A DNA stretch of 64,000 bases from an uncultured Nitrososphaerota archaeon (GCA_963718895.1 CAVRAG010000007.1:32001-96000), one strand, 5' to 3'; positions 41,130 through 51,808 are shown, numbered from the stretch's first letter. Translations and numbers: made by a program. The notes: generated from the letters alone by a model not told the origin.

Positions 41130-41606
41130 ATGCAAGCGAGAAGAAAGCGCATTCTCGCGGTAGCAGCGGTCGCGGTGATCGCGGTTCTAGTCGTGGTAGT
41201 GGTCTCCTTGGCCGAGTATCCGCAGGGTGGATCCCTCTCCAACAACCCCTGTCTGGGACCAGGCAGCTGTCTCTTCGCCGTGACCGGTGAGGTCGCCATC
41301 GATTCGGACCAAGGGGGAGGAATGGTAATCCTGACCGTCGTCAACCACGCGAACCTCCCGTTCATCAACATCACGCTAGTTGACGCCAGTCCCACCCTGC
41401 CCGGGCTGACAGGGTTCACACCATTCACCTACGATGGGAGGGTCGTCAATGCGCTCCACGTGCTGGACATAGGGAACAACTCGACGGGCTACTACTCTTT
41501 CAGATACGGCGGGACTAGCGCGACGTCTTACACCTTCACCCTGGCGGCGATTATGTCAAACGGTCAAATCATCACAGAGGAAGCGAGCATAGTGTCGGAT
41601 TCCTAG
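41130..41606 (+). CDS. Membrane-anchored extracellular protein
   Basis: RRKR plus TM, Cys pair, beta-rich domain. Confidence 0.7.
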   Translation: MQARRKRILAVAAVAVIAVLVVVVVSLAEYPQGGSLSNNPCLGPGSCLFAVTGEVAIDSDQGGGMVILTVVNHANLPFINITLVDASPTLPGLTGFTPFTYDGRVVNALHVLDIGNNSTGYYSFRYGGTSATSYTFTLAAIMSNGQIITEEASIVSDS

Positions 41607-41706
41607 GCTCGCGAGGGCGGGCTTCCTTCGGCCAGTCAGACCTCCAGGGCCGGGACGATGCCACCGGACGCGGTGGGCAATATCTTTAAGCCCGCAACAT
41701 GCCCGA

Positions 41707-42963
41707 ATGCGCGCGTATCGCTTGGCGAACAAATCTTCATTGGCAATGAACGGCGGAAAGCCGGTAAGGGACGGCCCTCTACCCGTGATGCATCCGGGCG
41801 CGGGGTACGTGGGTAAGGAGGAGATCGAGGCGGTCACCAACGTCCTCAAGGCGAAGTCGATGTACCGCTTCTATGGGCCGAAGTTCCTGAACATCACCGG
41901 CCAGTTCGAGGACGACATGAAGGCCTACTTCGGACGGAAGTACGCCCTCGCGGTCACCTCCGGAACCGCGGCGCTACACACGGCGCTCGTCGCGATGAGC
42001 ATAGGACCCGGCGACGAAGTGATCATCCCGACCTACGCCTGGGTCGCGTGCCCGGACGCCGTCGTCGCCGCAGGGGCCACGCCCGTCCTCGCCGACGTCG
42101 ACGACTCCCTGACCCTCGACCCCGCGGACGTCGAGAGGAGGATAACGAACAGGACCAAGGCAATCATGGCCGTGCACATCCGTGGGACGCCCGCGAACCT
42201 GGACGGGCTCTCGAAGGTCGCCAAGGCCTACGGCATAGACCTGGTCGAGGACGTAGCCCAGGCTGCAGGCGCCACCTACCGCGGCAAGAAGCTCGGGACC
42301 TTCGGCAGGGTGGCCTCGTACAGCTTCCAGCTCAACAAGATGATCTCGGCGGGAGAGGGCGGCGCGATCCTCACCGACGACAAGCTCATCTATCAGCGCT
42401 CCGTCATGTTCCACGACGTAGGGACACCCTATAGGTCCTGGGACGACCCGAGCCTCAAGTTCGACTTCGAGGCATTCCCGGGGGTCAACTACAGGATGAA
42501 CGAGATCTCGGCGGCGATCCTCAAGGAGCAGCTCAAGAAGATCGACTGGATCATCAAGGACATCAAGAAGAACAAGGCGAAGATCAAGAAGGGAATCTCC
42601 GACATCCCCGAGATCACGTTCAGACGCCTCAACGACCCAGGAGAGGCCGGGATCTCCCTGGTCTTCTTCACGAAGAAGCCGTCACAGGCTCTGATCTTCA
42701 AGAGGGCCCTTCGCGCCGAGAACATCTGGACGACCTCGGGCTCCTATCCCGGGGTGGTCTACGACCCGTCGATCAACGACGGCCACGTCTTCATGCACTG
42801 GGGGCACATCTTCAAGGGCATACAGCGGGTCAGCAAGAGGTACCAGGCGAGCATCGACCTCCTGAGCCGAGCGGTCCACCTCGACATCAGCCCGCTCCTC
42901 TCGGACTCGGACATGGACGACATCGTCACGGCCGTCCACAAGGTCGCAGATGCGATCCTCTGA
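41707..42963 (+). CDS. DegT/DnrJ/EryC1/StrS PLP aminotransferase
   Basis: SGTAALH, GPGDEVI.P, EDVAQA.G, SFQLNK..SAGEGG, NYRMNE. Confidence 0.95.
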   Translation: MRAYRLANKSSLAMNGGKPVRDGPLPVMHPGAGYVGKEEIEAVTNVLKAKSMYRFYGPKFLNITGQFEDDMKAYFGRKYALAVTSGTAALHTALVAMSIGPGDEVIIPTYAWVACPDAVVAAGATPVLADVDDSLTLDPADVERRITNRTKAIMAVHIRGTPANLDGLSKVAKAYGIDLVEDVAQAAGATYRGKKLGTFGRVASYSFQLNKMISAGEGGAILTDDKLIYQRSVMFHDVGTPYRSWDDPSLKFDFEAFPGVNYRMNEISAAILKEQLKKIDWIIKDIKKNKAKIKKGISDIPEITFRRLNDPGEAGISLVFFTKKPSQALIFKRALRAENIWTTSGSYPGVVYDPSINDGHVFMHWGHIFKGIQRVSKRYQASIDLLSRAVHLDISPLLSDSDMDDIVTAVHKVADAIL

Positions 42964-42971
42964 GTGAGACG

Positions 42972-43989
42972 ATGAAGAATATCGGCGTAGGCGTGATCGG
43001 GGTCGGAGCCATAGGGCGCCTCCACTCCGAGAACTATGCGACGAAGGTCCCCGGGGCGTCGCTCGTCGGGATAGCCGACGTGAACACGGCCGCAGCCAAC
43101 GAGCTCGCCTCGAAGCTGGGGGTCAAGACCGTGTACTCCGACTACTATCAGCTCCTCGTGGACCCGAGCGTCGACGCCGTCGTCGTCGCGACCCCGCCGT
43201 TCCTGAAGAAGGACATCACCGTCGCCGCGGCGGAGAGGCACAAGCACGTCTTCTGCGAGAAGCCGATGACCCTCTCGCTCAGGGATGCGGACGAGATGAT
43301 ATCCGCAGTGCAGAGGTCGGGCATAAAGTTCCAGGTCGGGTACCAGAAGCGGTCGGACACTTCGTTCATGCACGCGAGGCAGGCGATCGAGACCGGCGAG
43401 ATAGGGAATGTCATCCTCGCCAGGGCGCACAACAGGGACCCGCCGACCACGATCGGAGGATGGTCGGCCGACCCCAAGAAGTCTGGGTCGGTCTTCCTCG
43501 ACACCTCGAGCCACGATTTCGACGCGCTCGAGGTACCTGACGGGGAGCGAGGTCACGAGGATCTACGCCGACGGCAACGCCATGATGTATGAGGAGATGA
43601 GGAAGAACGGCGACTACGACACGGTGGTCGTCGACATGAGGCTCGCCAGCGGCGCCATGGCCCAGGTCGACGCCTGCGCCTACACCCCCTACGGGTTCGA
43701 CTCGAGGGCGGAGTTGATCGGGAGCGAGGGCGGGATCATGATAGGGATGGGCGAGAACAGCTTCACGCACATCTACAAGAACGGGAAGATCAGCAACCAG
43801 CGGCAGGAGTACTGGGGGACCAGGTGGGCTCAGGCGTACCGCGACGAGATGGCGGCCTTCGTGGAGTGCATCGTCAAGGACGGGACCCCGAGGGCGACCA
43901 TCCATGACGGCAGAGCGGCGCTCGAGATCGGGCTCGCTGCGTGGCAGTCGATCAAGAGCGAGAGGCCGGTAAGCCTGCCCCTGGCCTAG
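42972..43989 (+). CDS. iolG: Inositol 2-dehydrogenase-like Gfo/Idh/MocA (frameshift ~43530)
   Basis: GVGAIGRLH, FCEKP, GYQKRSD, RDP, FLD..SHDFD, YGFDSRAE. Confidence 0.85.
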
Positions 43990-45143
43990 GCCTTCATCCG
44001 GCCCACGACGACCTTCATCGAATCGAGGCCCATAGAGACTTCCATCGCCTCTTGGGCATCCTCTTGTCCGAACACGTGAGTCACGAGCTTCTCGAAGTGT
44101 AGTGAGTCCCTGTAGCTCTCCATCATCTTGAGGGCGCGGGCGTAAGCTTGGTAGGGCATACCCGATACGCCGATGATCTTGGCGTTCTTGGCGAGGATCT
44201 GCCTCGAAGGAGAGATCTTCGTCCCTCCGGCCTCCGAGTACGCCCCTTCGACGAGGTATGTCCCACCGTTCCTCATGATGTCCAGACCCTCGGAGATGAT
44301 GTGCGGGAACCCGGTGCACTCTATCACCGTGTCCGCCCCGAGCCGGTCCGTCATCGAGAGCACGGCCTCGACCCTGTCCTCGGGCCTGGGATGATCCGCG
44401 AGGTCGATCGTCTTGGCCCCGCAGAGAGACCTGGCCATTTTCAGCCGGAAGGGCGACTTGTCTATGGCTATTATCTTCGATGCGCCGAGCATGCGCGCCA
44501 TCAGGGCGTTGCACATGCCGAGGGGACCTACCCCCTGCACGACCACGGTGTCCGCCGGGGCGTATCCTTCCTTGGGGTTGGGATTCTGGAACGCCCGTCC
44601 GAAGGCGCCGTAGGCGACCGCCATCTGCTCCGTTAGCGCCGCGACCTTGTCGGACATCCGCTTCGGGACCCTGAACATGAACGTCCCTGGGACGACGAAC
44701 ATCTTCTCGCCCATCCCTCCGAAGAGGTGGGGAGGGTCCTTGCAGCTCATCACGTCGCCATAGCTCCTGTGGTTGAGGCACCAAGGGAACCCGTAGTAGT
44801 TCCTGCAGTAGTAGCAAGTTCCGCAGACGATGTCGGCGGAGATGACAACCCTCTCGCCCACCTCAAGGGCGTCGCCCTCGGTGACCATCGCGACCGAGGC
44901 CTCGCCCCCTATCTCCTCGATCACACCTACGTTCTCGTGTCCGAGGATGACGGGGAGCTTGACCACATCGCCGGGGAGGCCGAGCCGAATCTCCCCCTGG
45001 GTGAAGACGTGCTTATCCGTGCCGCAGATCGCGGCACCCGACATCCTGACGAGAGACTCCCTCGGCCCAGCGCGGGGACTAGGGAACTTCTGAGTCTTGA
45101 ACTTCTTTCGCGCCACGAGTACGGGCGCTATCACCTGTTCCAA
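43986..45143 (-). CDS. Zn-dependent alcohol dehydrogenase (MDR)
   Basis: ICGTD, GHE, CGTCYYC...C, GVGPLG. Confidence 0.92.
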   Translation of the reverse strand: MEQVIAPVLVARKKFKTQKFPSPRAGPRESLVRMSGAAICGTDKHVFTQGEIRLGLPGDVVKLPVILGHENVGVIEEIGGEASVAMVTEGDALEVGERVVISADIVCGTCYYCRNYYGFPWCLNHRSYGDVMSCKDPPHLFGGMGEKMFVVPGTFMFRVPKRMSDKVAALTEQMAVAYGAFGRAFQNPNPKEGYAPADTVVVQGVGPLGMCNALMARMLGASKIIAIDKSPFRLKMARSLCGAKTIDLADHPRPEDRVEAVLSMTDRLGADTVIECTGFPHIISEGLDIMRNGGTYLVEGAYSEAGGTKISPSRQILAKNAKIIGVSGMPYQAYARALKMMESYRDSLHFEKLVTHVFGQEDAQEAMEVSMGLDSMKVVVGRMKA

Positions 45144-45207
45144 TCTCCATCAGGTCGTCTCGCCAGCTAAAGAACTCTTGGGTATGGTCGGGCCCCGTCT
45201 CGTTGGG

Positions 45208-46068
45208 CTAATGACCCCAACGCCGCTCGCCCCTCACGGTCCTTGAGGCCAGTCTCCTGAGTGCAGGATAGACCGTCGCCAGCGCGAACACCCCGATGCA
45301 GAGATAGAGAAGCAGAGCGTTGGAGAACCAGGACAGCCCCAGCCTGTCGATGACCGTGGCGAAGAACGTGTTGAACTCTATCCGGTCGAAGAGAAAGACC
45401 ATCATCGGGAGCGGGATCACCGAGAGAGCCCCGATCTGGAGAACCCTCCTCACCGAGGCGAACCGGTAGAGCGACGCCGCAAGTACGGCGAGGAAGAGCA
45501 CGAGAAAGTAGTAGTCCTGCTCTGCGGCCGAGGCGAGCCCAAAGGGGCCGAGAGGTCCCATCACCAGACCCCTGACGGCGGGGTCCGCGCCCACCTGGAG
45601 CGAGAGCAGGAGGTTGAGACGCGCCAGCCCCATGAGTCCACCGTAGAGGAGCAGCCCGGCCTCGAGCAGGGCGAGCGGCAGGACAAGGGTCGCCGTCTTG
45701 AACCTTGGCGACTTCGCACGGAGGCTGGAGGCCATTCTGTGCAGCGGCCTGAAGACAGACAGGCGCTCTACCCGGGGGAACATCAGGGCAGCCGACGCTA
45801 CGCCGAACGCGAGGGCGCTGACCTTCCAGCAGACCTCGAAGTTCGTCTCGGTCTGGAAGTAGTTCTGGGCGTACGCGAAGTAGTCGAAGGTGATGGGGAA
45901 GGAGTGGGTGATAGGATTCTCCATGCCCAGGAAGACCTGGTGATAGTAGATGGCCAGCAGTGCGGTGACAACACCGAGCGAGACGAAGGCGCCCGCCACA
46001 TGCCACTCGGGCCGCTTCCTCCACCCCACCCCGGGCAGGCACGCGCCCACGTCTTCCTTCCGTTTCAT
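45208..46068 (-). CDS. Multi-pass membrane protein of unknown function
   Basis: About 6 hydrophobic segments. Confidence 0.65.
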   Translation of the reverse strand: MKRKEDVGACLPGVGWRKRPEWHVAGAFVSLGVVTALLAIYYHQVFLGMENPITHSFPITFDYFAYAQNYFQTETNFEVCWKVSALAFGVASAALMFPRVERLSVFRPLHRMASSLRAKSPRFKTATLVLPLALLEAGLLLYGGLMGLARLNLLLSLQVGADPAVRGLVMGPLGPFGLASAAEQDYYFLVLFLAVLAASLYRFASVRRVLQIGALSVIPLPMMVFLFDRIEFNTFFATVIDRLGLSWFSNALLLYLCIGVFALATVYPALRRLASRTVRGERRWGH

Positions 46069-46141
46069 CGGTTAGTATCGGCCGAGAGTTTCTGCAAGCT
46101 TCCGAATAAGGCTTTTATCGGTTCGGAGGACTATCGCGACC

Positions 46142-47290
46142 ATGGCAAAGGAGATAGGCGTAGGGGTTCTCGGCTATTCCATCGGGCGCGTTCACGCGCA
46201 CGCATGGCGGGACGTCGCTGAGGTCTACCACCCCATGGACCTCGTCCCGCGGCTGGTCGCCATCGCCGGAAGGACCAAGAAGGTCGTGGATTTTGAGGCC
46301 GCGAAGTACGGATACGCCAAGACCTACGGAGACTGGGAGAAGGTCGTGAACGACGAGGACGTCGAGATAGTCGACAACTGCCTCCCGGTGGTGCTCCACC
46401 CGGCACCCATGATCATGGCCGCAAAGCTGGGTAAGAGCCTCTTCTGCGAGAAGCCGCTGGCCAGGAGGGCCAGGGACGCGAAGCGGATGCTCGACGCGGC
46501 CGAGAGGGCCAAGGTCAAGCACATGGTCGGCTACAACTACCGTTTCATGCCAGCGATAACCCTGGCGAGGCAGATGATCAAGGAGGGGAAGCTCGGGAAG
46601 ATCTCGTTCTTCAGAGGGTCATACCTCACCACCAACACCAACTACGACGACCCGAGGACCCCCATGAGATGGCAGTTCGAGTCCTCGTCATCGGGGTATG
46701 GCGCGCTCTCGGACCTGGGGACCCACGCCCTCGACCTCGCAAGGTACCTCGTGGGAGAGGTGGCGGCGGTGGCCGGAGCCCAGTCGCACATAATCAGGGA
46801 GAGGCCCGTGGCTGAGGGTTCGCGCAAGAAGAAGCGGGTGAACGTCGACGACCTCACGGTCGCCACGATGAAGTTCAGGAACGGGGCTCTCGGGACTCTC
46901 GAGACATCGTGGGTGAACCCCGGGAGGATGGACTACCTCAGCTTTGAGGTGTACGGCACGGTCGGCTCGCTCCGGTTCAGCCTTGAGCGGATCAACGAGC
47001 TCGAGATCTTCCTCAGCGAGAGGGACAGGGGGACCAGTGGGTTCCGGACTCTCAACGTCCTCGCCAAGGACCACCCGTACATGAGCAAGTACTGGGTCAA
47101 CCAGGGAGGAGGCTTCGGCTGGGACCACTCGTTCGTCAACGAGTTCCACCACTTCCTGACCTCCATCTCGGATGGCAGCCCGGTCGCGCCGCAGGGAGCG
47201 ACCTTCCTCGACGGGTACCGCAACTGCCAGATCATGGACGCCATCACCGACTCCGCCAAGAGCGAGAGCTGGGTCCACATCCAGGAGTAG
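46142..47290 (+). CDS. Gfo/Idh/MocA oxidoreductase
   Basis: FCEKPLA, VGYNYRFMPA, GALSDLGTHALD; TTTTAT at 46113. Confidence 0.92.
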   Translation: MAKEIGVGVLGYSIGRVHAHAWRDVAEVYHPMDLVPRLVAIAGRTKKVVDFEAAKYGYAKTYGDWEKVVNDEDVEIVDNCLPVVLHPAPMIMAAKLGKSLFCEKPLARRARDAKRMLDAAERAKVKHMVGYNYRFMPAITLARQMIKEGKLGKISFFRGSYLTTNTNYDDPRTPMRWQFESSSSGYGALSDLGTHALDLARYLVGEVAAVAGAQSHIIRERPVAEGSRKKKRVNVDDLTVATMKFRNGALGTLETSWVNPGRMDYLSFEVYGTVGSLRFSLERINELEIFLSERDRGTSGFRTLNVLAKDHPYMSKYWVNQGGGFGWDHSFVNEFHHFLTSISDGSPVAPQGATFLDGYRNCQIMDAITDSAKSESWVHIQE

Positions 47291-47307
47291 GACGCGGGCG
47301 TGGTCAA

Positions 47308-48462
47308 ATGACGACCCCAACGGTGCGGGCCGCGGTCATGGACGGGCCAGGTGCGATGAGGCTTCAGGACTTCCCCGACCCGGCGGTCCCTGCTGACGCG
47401 GCGCTGATAGACGTCTCGCTCTGCGGAATCTGCGGCACTGACAAGCACATCTACAAGGACGAAGTGAAGTCGCATCCGTTTGGGGTTCCTACGAAGTTTC
47501 CCATCATCCCGGGCCACGAGATAGTCGGGACCATCGAGAGGATCGGCCCCAAAGCTGCCACCAGGATGAGCCTCACGGGAGGGCCCCTGCGCCCCGGAGA
47601 CAGGGTCGTCCCTGTCGTCGACCTGAGGTGCGAGGAGTGCGTCGGGTGCAAGACGCATCCAGGGTGGCCTTCGTGCGAGCGCGGCGAGACCTACGGCTGG
47701 GGAATCTCTTGCAGGGACGCGCCGCACCTCTTCGGTGGGTTCGCGGAGAAGATGTACCTCCTCCCGCAGACGAAGCTCGCCAAGGTCCCCGACTCGGTCC
47801 CTGACCAGGCGGCGGTCTTCGCCGAGGTCCTTGCTGTGGGCTACACGTCGGTGGCGCGCATGCTCCACTCGCTGCAGCTCTCCGGCGACGGGAGCAGCTA
47901 CGTCGGGGACGTCGTGGTGCAAGGGAGCGGTCCCCTGGCGCTCGCCCACGTGATCGCCGCTAGGATCGCGGGCGCGCACCGGATAGTCGTCGTGGGGATG
48001 CCGGAGTACAGGACGAAATTCATGGGACAGTTCGGGGTCGACCTTTCCCTCGACGCGACCAAGCTGACGAGGGAGGAGAGGACCGAGAGGGTTCTCCACG
48101 GGCTCCAAACGGATGGCGCGGACGTGGTCTTCGAATGCACCGGGGACCCGAGCGTCGTGGAGGAAGGGCTCTCCTACCTGAAACCCTTCGGCTACTATCT
48201 CGTCGCCGGGATCTACAGCGACAGCGGCAAGACGACGACCCTCAACGTCCAGAAGTACGTCTCGGGCAGGTACGCGACCGTCGTCGGGAACGGAGGCCAG
48301 ACCGAACTGTCGTACGCGAAGGCCCTCAGCATGATGGAGTCATTCGCGCACGCCATCCCGTTCGAGGAGGTGGTGACGCACAGGTTCCCGCTGGACAGAC
48401 ACAAGGAGGCGATGGAGACCGCGATAAGCGAGCAGTCGATGAAGGTCGCCTTCGAGCCTTGA
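47308..48462 (+). CDS. Zn-dependent alcohol dehydrogenase, paralog of 43986-45143
   Basis: GICGTD, GHE, CEECVGC...C, PHLFGG. Confidence 0.92.
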   Translation: MTTPTVRAAVMDGPGAMRLQDFPDPAVPADAALIDVSLCGICGTDKHIYKDEVKSHPFGVPTKFPIIPGHEIVGTIERIGPKAATRMSLTGGPLRPGDRVVPVVDLRCEECVGCKTHPGWPSCERGETYGWGISCRDAPHLFGGFAEKMYLLPQTKLAKVPDSVPDQAAVFAEVLAVGYTSVARMLHSLQLSGDGSSYVGDVVVQGSGPLALAHVIAARIAGAHRIVVVGMPEYRTKFMGQFGVDLSLDATKLTREERTERVLHGLQTDGADVVFECTGDPSVVEEGLSYLKPFGYYLVAGIYSDSGKTTTLNVQKYVSGRYATVVGNGGQTELSYAKALSMMESFAHAIPFEEVVTHRFPLDRHKEAMETAISEQSMKVAFEP

Positions 48463-48564
48463 TCTGTCCAACAGGTCACGGGTTGGTCGTCTGTGAGCTT
48501 AACGGTTTAAATCGCCTGTCTCACCCGCTCAGCCCGAGAATGTGCTCGAAGGAGATACTCTGAG

Positions 48565-49587
48565 ATGAAGGCCGTAGTCTTCAAAGAAGTGGGGAAGGGG
48601 GTCACCGTCGATGAGGTCGGACCCCCCAAAGTCGAAGACGATCGCACCGTCCTGATCAGGGTGAGGGAATGCGGCATCTGCGGGAGCGACCTCGCGATAC
48701 TCGAGGGGAGGCACCCCTCCAAACCCCCGGTCATACTCGGCCACGAGCTCTCGGGCGAGGTCGTCGAGACCGGGGCCAGGGTCTCGGGAATCGGCGTCGG
48801 GGACCACGTGGTGGTCGACCCCAACGTGAGCTGTGGTCTGTGCGAGAACTGCAGGCTGGGAAGGAGGAACATGTGTCTGAACATGATAGAGCTCGGCATC
48901 ACGCGGAACGGCGCCTTCGCGGAGCTCATGGCTGCACCTGAACAGTTCGTCTACAAGATTGATCCGCGCCTCTCCTGGAAGGAGGGGGCGCTCGTGGAGC
49001 CGCTGGCGTGCGTGGTCCACGGCTTCGCCAGGAGCAGGGTGAAGCCGGACGAGACGGCGGTGGTCTACGGGGCGGGACCCATGGGCCTGCTCTGGGTGAG
49101 CATGCTGAAGCGCGCGGGAGTGAGGAAAATCATGTCCGTCGACCTGGCGGAGAAGAGGCGGGCCGTGGCGGGCAAGCTGGGAGCGGACGTGACCATCGAC
49201 CCGGCCGCAGAGGAACCGGTCGCCAGGGTCGAGCGAGAGACCGGTGGCATGGGCGCCGACGTGGCGGTCGAGATGATCGGAAGGGCCGAGACCGTCGAGA
49301 GCGCGGTGAGGTCGGTGGGCCCAGGGGGACGGGTCGTGATCATGGGAGTGGCAAGAAAGGAGGCGAGAGCTCAGGTCGCGCCCTTCGAGCTCATGGCGCG
49401 CGAGGTCGAGATCCTCGGTTCCAACGCCAACGCGACCGACTTCATCCCGGCGATCCGGCTGATCGAGGGTGGCGCGATACCCGTCGATGATATCGTCAGC
49501 CACGAGCTCGACATATCGGAGGCGCTGAAGGGGTTCGAGCTCTGCAGGACGGGCCAGGGCATGAAGGTCATGATCCGGCCTTCTTGA
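48565..49587 (+). CDS. Zn-dependent dehydrogenase (sorbitol/threonine DH-like)
   Basis: GICGSD, GHE, CGLCENC...C, EPLAC, GAGPMG. Confidence 0.93.
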   Translation: MKAVVFKEVGKGVTVDEVGPPKVEDDRTVLIRVRECGICGSDLAILEGRHPSKPPVILGHELSGEVVETGARVSGIGVGDHVVVDPNVSCGLCENCRLGRRNMCLNMIELGITRNGAFAELMAAPEQFVYKIDPRLSWKEGALVEPLACVVHGFARSRVKPDETAVVYGAGPMGLLWVSMLKRAGVRKIMSVDLAEKRRAVAGKLGADVTIDPAAEEPVARVERETGGMGADVAVEMIGRAETVESAVRSVGPGGRVVIMGVARKEARAQVAPFELMAREVEILGSNANATDFIPAIRLIEGGAIPVDDIVSHELDISEALKGFELCRTGQGMKVMIRPS

Positions 49588-49625
49588 GGCAACCGTTTTA
49601 ACGGCGGGGACGGCGAGACTGCCCG

Positions 49626-50645
49626 TTGTATTCCAAGACAGTCGGCGTGGGCCTGATCGGGGCGGGCCAGATCGGCAAGGTCCACGCACAGAACCTGGCG
49701 CGGCGGGTCCCCAACGCCCGGCTCAAGGGGATAGCCGACTCGTACATCGAGGCCGCGAAGGCCGTCGCCTCGCTGACCGGCGTGGACGCGATCTACAAGG
49801 ACTACGGCGACCTCCTGAAGGACAAGGAAGTGGAGGCGGTCGTCGTGGCCACTCCCACGTTCATGAAGAAGGAGGTCGTGAGGGCCGCCATCGAGGCGGG
49901 CAAGCACGTCTTCTGCGAGAAGCCGATGGCTCTGACGCTCCCCGAGGCCGACGAGTTCATTGCCATGGCCGAGCGCGGAGGGACGAAGTTCCAGGTCGGC
50001 TACCAGAGGCGCTTCGACCCCTCGTACATGAGGATGAAGAGCGCCGTCGACTCCGGCGAGCTGGGCAAGATGCTGCTTCTCAGGTCGAACACGAGGGACC
50101 CGCCCCAGAAGGTCGCGGGCTGGGCAGACCCCAAGGTGAGCGGTGGGATCTTCCTCGACACGTCCAGCCACGACTACGACGTGATCAGGTGGCTCAGCGG
50201 CTCCGAGGCCGTGAGCGTAATGGCCGACGGCGTCACCGCGGCCTATCCTGAGCTCGAGGGGCTCGGTGACAAGGACACGACCATGACGATAATCCGGCTG
50301 GCAAACGGGGCGCTCGCCCACGTCGACGCCTGCAGGGTGAGCGTCTACGGCTACGACATCCGCGCCGAGGTCATCGGGACCGAAGGGGCAGCGTTCATGG
50401 ACATAGGGAAGAGCTCCGAGGCTCATGTGATGAAGAAGTCCTGGGAGTCCAACGAGTTCTCCTACTGGTACACCGAGAGGTTCGACGAGGCCTACCGCGC
50501 TGAGCTCGAGGGGTTCGCGGCCGCGATCATAGGCGACACGGCCACCAAGGTGACCGCGAGGGACGGCAAGGCCGCGGTCGAGATCGGGCTGGCGGCGAGG
50601 AAGTCGATGCAGGAGAGGAAGGCGGTCTCGCTCCCCCTGGTGTGA
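49626..50645 (+). CDS. iolG: Inositol 2-dehydrogenase-like Gfo/Idh/MocA
   Basis: GAGQIGKVH, FCEKP, GYQRRFD, RDP, FLD..SHDYD, YGYDIRAE. Confidence 0.9.
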   Translation: MYSKTVGVGLIGAGQIGKVHAQNLARRVPNARLKGIADSYIEAAKAVASLTGVDAIYKDYGDLLKDKEVEAVVVATPTFMKKEVVRAAIEAGKHVFCEKPMALTLPEADEFIAMAERGGTKFQVGYQRRFDPSYMRMKSAVDSGELGKMLLLRSNTRDPPQKVAGWADPKVSGGIFLDTSSHDYDVIRWLSGSEAVSVMADGVTAAYPELEGLGDKDTTMTIIRLANGALAHVDACRVSVYGYDIRAEVIGTEGAAFMDIGKSSEAHVMKKSWESNEFSYWYTERFDEAYRAELEGFAAAIIGDTATKVTARDGKAAVEIGLAARKSMQERKAVSLPLV

Positions 50646-51773
50646 GCGGCCACGACCCGATACAGCGTAGGATTCGTCGGCGCGGGCCAGGTCGCGAGGT
50701 CTCACTCAATAGGCTTCGGGAACGTCCCGCTCTTCTTCGGGCCCTCGGAGTCGGTCGAACTGAAGGTAATCGCCGAGGCGACGGACGACCTGGCCCGTAG
50801 CGCGGCGAAGAGGCTGGGCTTCCCCGAGTGGACCTCGGACTGGCGGCACGTGACCTCAGACCCCTCCGTCCAGATAGTGGACGTGATGACCCCCACCTAC
50901 CTCCACAAGGAACCCGCCATCGACGCGCTCGAGCACGGGAAGTCGGTAATCTGCGAGAAGCCGCTCGCCGCGAACGAGCGCGACGCCCGGGAGATGTACG
51001 AGGTGGCGAAGCGGACGAACGCGAAGACGCTGGTCGGCTTCAACTACAGGCGAGTCCCGGCTGTCACCCTCGCAAAGCACATGATTGCCAAAGGAGAGCT
51101 GGGGAGGATCAACCACGTCCGCTCGCACTTCATGGAAGACTGGGGAGGCCCCCGGTTTCCGCTCAGCTGGAGGTTCCGTCCTGAGCAGGCGGGAGCCGGG
51201 GCGCTCGCCGACCTGGGCTCGCACGCCATCGACATGGTAAGGTACCTCGTCGGAGAGCCGAAGGAGGTCTGCGGAGCTGTGGCCAACTTCATCCCCGAGA
51301 GGACTGTCCCCGGAGGAGATGCCAAGGAGCCCTCGAGGGTCGACGACGTGACGATGACGCTGATGCGGCTGGAGGGAGGGGCGGTCGCGGAGGTGGGGGC
51401 CTCCTGGATCGCGACGGGGAGGAAGGTCCAGCTCGACTTCGAGGTGCAGGGGAGCGACGGCACGCTCTGCTTCACGATGGAGAGGCCGAACGAGCTCCAG
51501 TTCTACTCGGCCCGCGACCCCAAGGAGGCGAGCGGGTTCAGGACGATCTATTTCGGGCCGGCTCACAAGTACGGGGAGACGCTCCTCTTCAGTTCGGCGA
51601 CGATGGGGACGGGGTACGTCGACTCGGTCACGAACCAGATGCACGACTTCCTCCTCGCGCTCGGCGGAGGAGAGGAGTACTCGCCCTCGTTCTACGACGG
51701 ATGGAAGGTGAACCAGCTGATCGCGGCAATCCTCGAGTCCTCGGAGAAGAAAGCCTGGGTCAGCGTAGCCTGA
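50642..51773 (+). CDS. Gfo/Idh/MocA oxidoreductase, levoglucosan-dehydrogenase-like clade (start codon out of frame)
   Basis: Rossmann segment RYSVGFVGAGQVARSH starts ~50658, upstream of the called ORF; FNYRRVPA, PLSWRF, GFRTIYFGPAH.YGE. Confidence 0.88.
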
Positions 51774-51808
51774 GAGCGACCGCCGGAAGCTCGCAGATCT
51801 GGCGGCAC

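Noticed and set aside
41130-41606. Archaeal type IV pilin
   Set aside because: The body is loosely pilin-like, but there is no (K/R)(G/A) cleavage motif before the hydrophobic helix and no assembly genes nearby.
50643-50645. Selenocysteine at the in-frame UGA
   Set aside because: The position is the normal IolG C-terminus, not a Cys-equivalent site, and no SECIS or sel genes are seen.
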